This document shows positions 63,557-64,000 of a stretch of DNA of 64,000 nt, piece after piece. The notes below the pieces were generated by a model. It did not search any database. It had not been told where the DNA came from and was given only the letters and a program-made list of their open reading frames with translations. A program made the position numbers and the translations under genes. Within the stretch, counting starts at the first letter, position 1. Each line of letters begins with the position of its first letter. Source of the stretch: Chrysomallon squamiferum (lineage: Eukaryota > Animalia > Mollusca); the NCBI GenBank assembly GCA_012295275.1, contig CM022678.1:15376001-15440000 (forward strand). Reading direction: 5' to 3'.

Positions 63557-64000
63557 GTCTGCAGCAATTCTTTTTTTTTTTTTTTTTTTTAAAGATTTAT
63601 TGTTATTTATGACTGTCCAGGAATATAAAATTAATAATGCTAATTTTTTTTAAGACGATATTATTTTGGTTTCGGTTTCTTAATAAGTTTTAATGTTTAC
63701 AATAGTTGTTGTTGGTGGTGATGATGATGATGATGTTGATAAAATGATTATGAATAATAATAGGATGATAGTGATAGTGACAATAACAATAGCAACAATA
63801 ATAACAACAACAGAAAAAAAAATAATATCAATTATTATTGTTGTTGTTGTTGTTGTTGTAGTTGTAGAAATTAAATTTAATTTATTTTTTATTTACTGGT
63901 GTTTATTTTTATTTATTTATTTATTTACGTATTTATTTATTTATTTTATTACATTTATATATATTACTTTTATTACTTATTGTTTATATCATTCATTATT

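Overview
This is AT-rich, microsatellite-dense, intron-rich animal DNA. A mollusc, probably a gastropod, is my inference from the CBM2+GH9 cellulase and the repeat landscape. Most ORF-track entries are simple-repeat translations, so I rebuilt the real genes by hand from GT-AG sites and exon phases. (1) 1-9.7 kb: three alpha-kinase-fold genes. One is on the minus strand, runs off the window and is missing from the ORF track; the other two are recent tandem copies. In both complete copies the two catalytic/Mg-binding aspartates are Gly (DLQG->GLQG, TDP->SGP) while the ATP lysine and Zn ligands are kept. Their tails carry PTAPPEY (identical to the Ebola VP40 late domain) plus PPPY, and all three promoters carry kappaB sites. 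Together this is a candidate NF-kB-inducible alpha-pseudokinase ESCRT/NEDD4 adaptor family. (2) Three paralogous, Cys-rich, non-classical cadherin-like genes. The first is transmembrane with two alternative last exons (16.6-27.9 kb). The second ends in a GPI-like tail with fused 3' exons (49.6-56.3 kb, minus). The third is partial (58.5 kb onward) and head-to-head with the second. (3) A GH9 cellulase locus with three CBM2-like modules and a long Ser/Thr linker (32.8-47.2 kb), interrupted by a 200-N gap and a 6.5-kb A-rich satellite. (4) Several minisatellites, one of which multiplies a splice acceptor. Three small frameshifts in otherwise intact genes look like consensus errors. No rRNA, tRNA or CRISPR was found.
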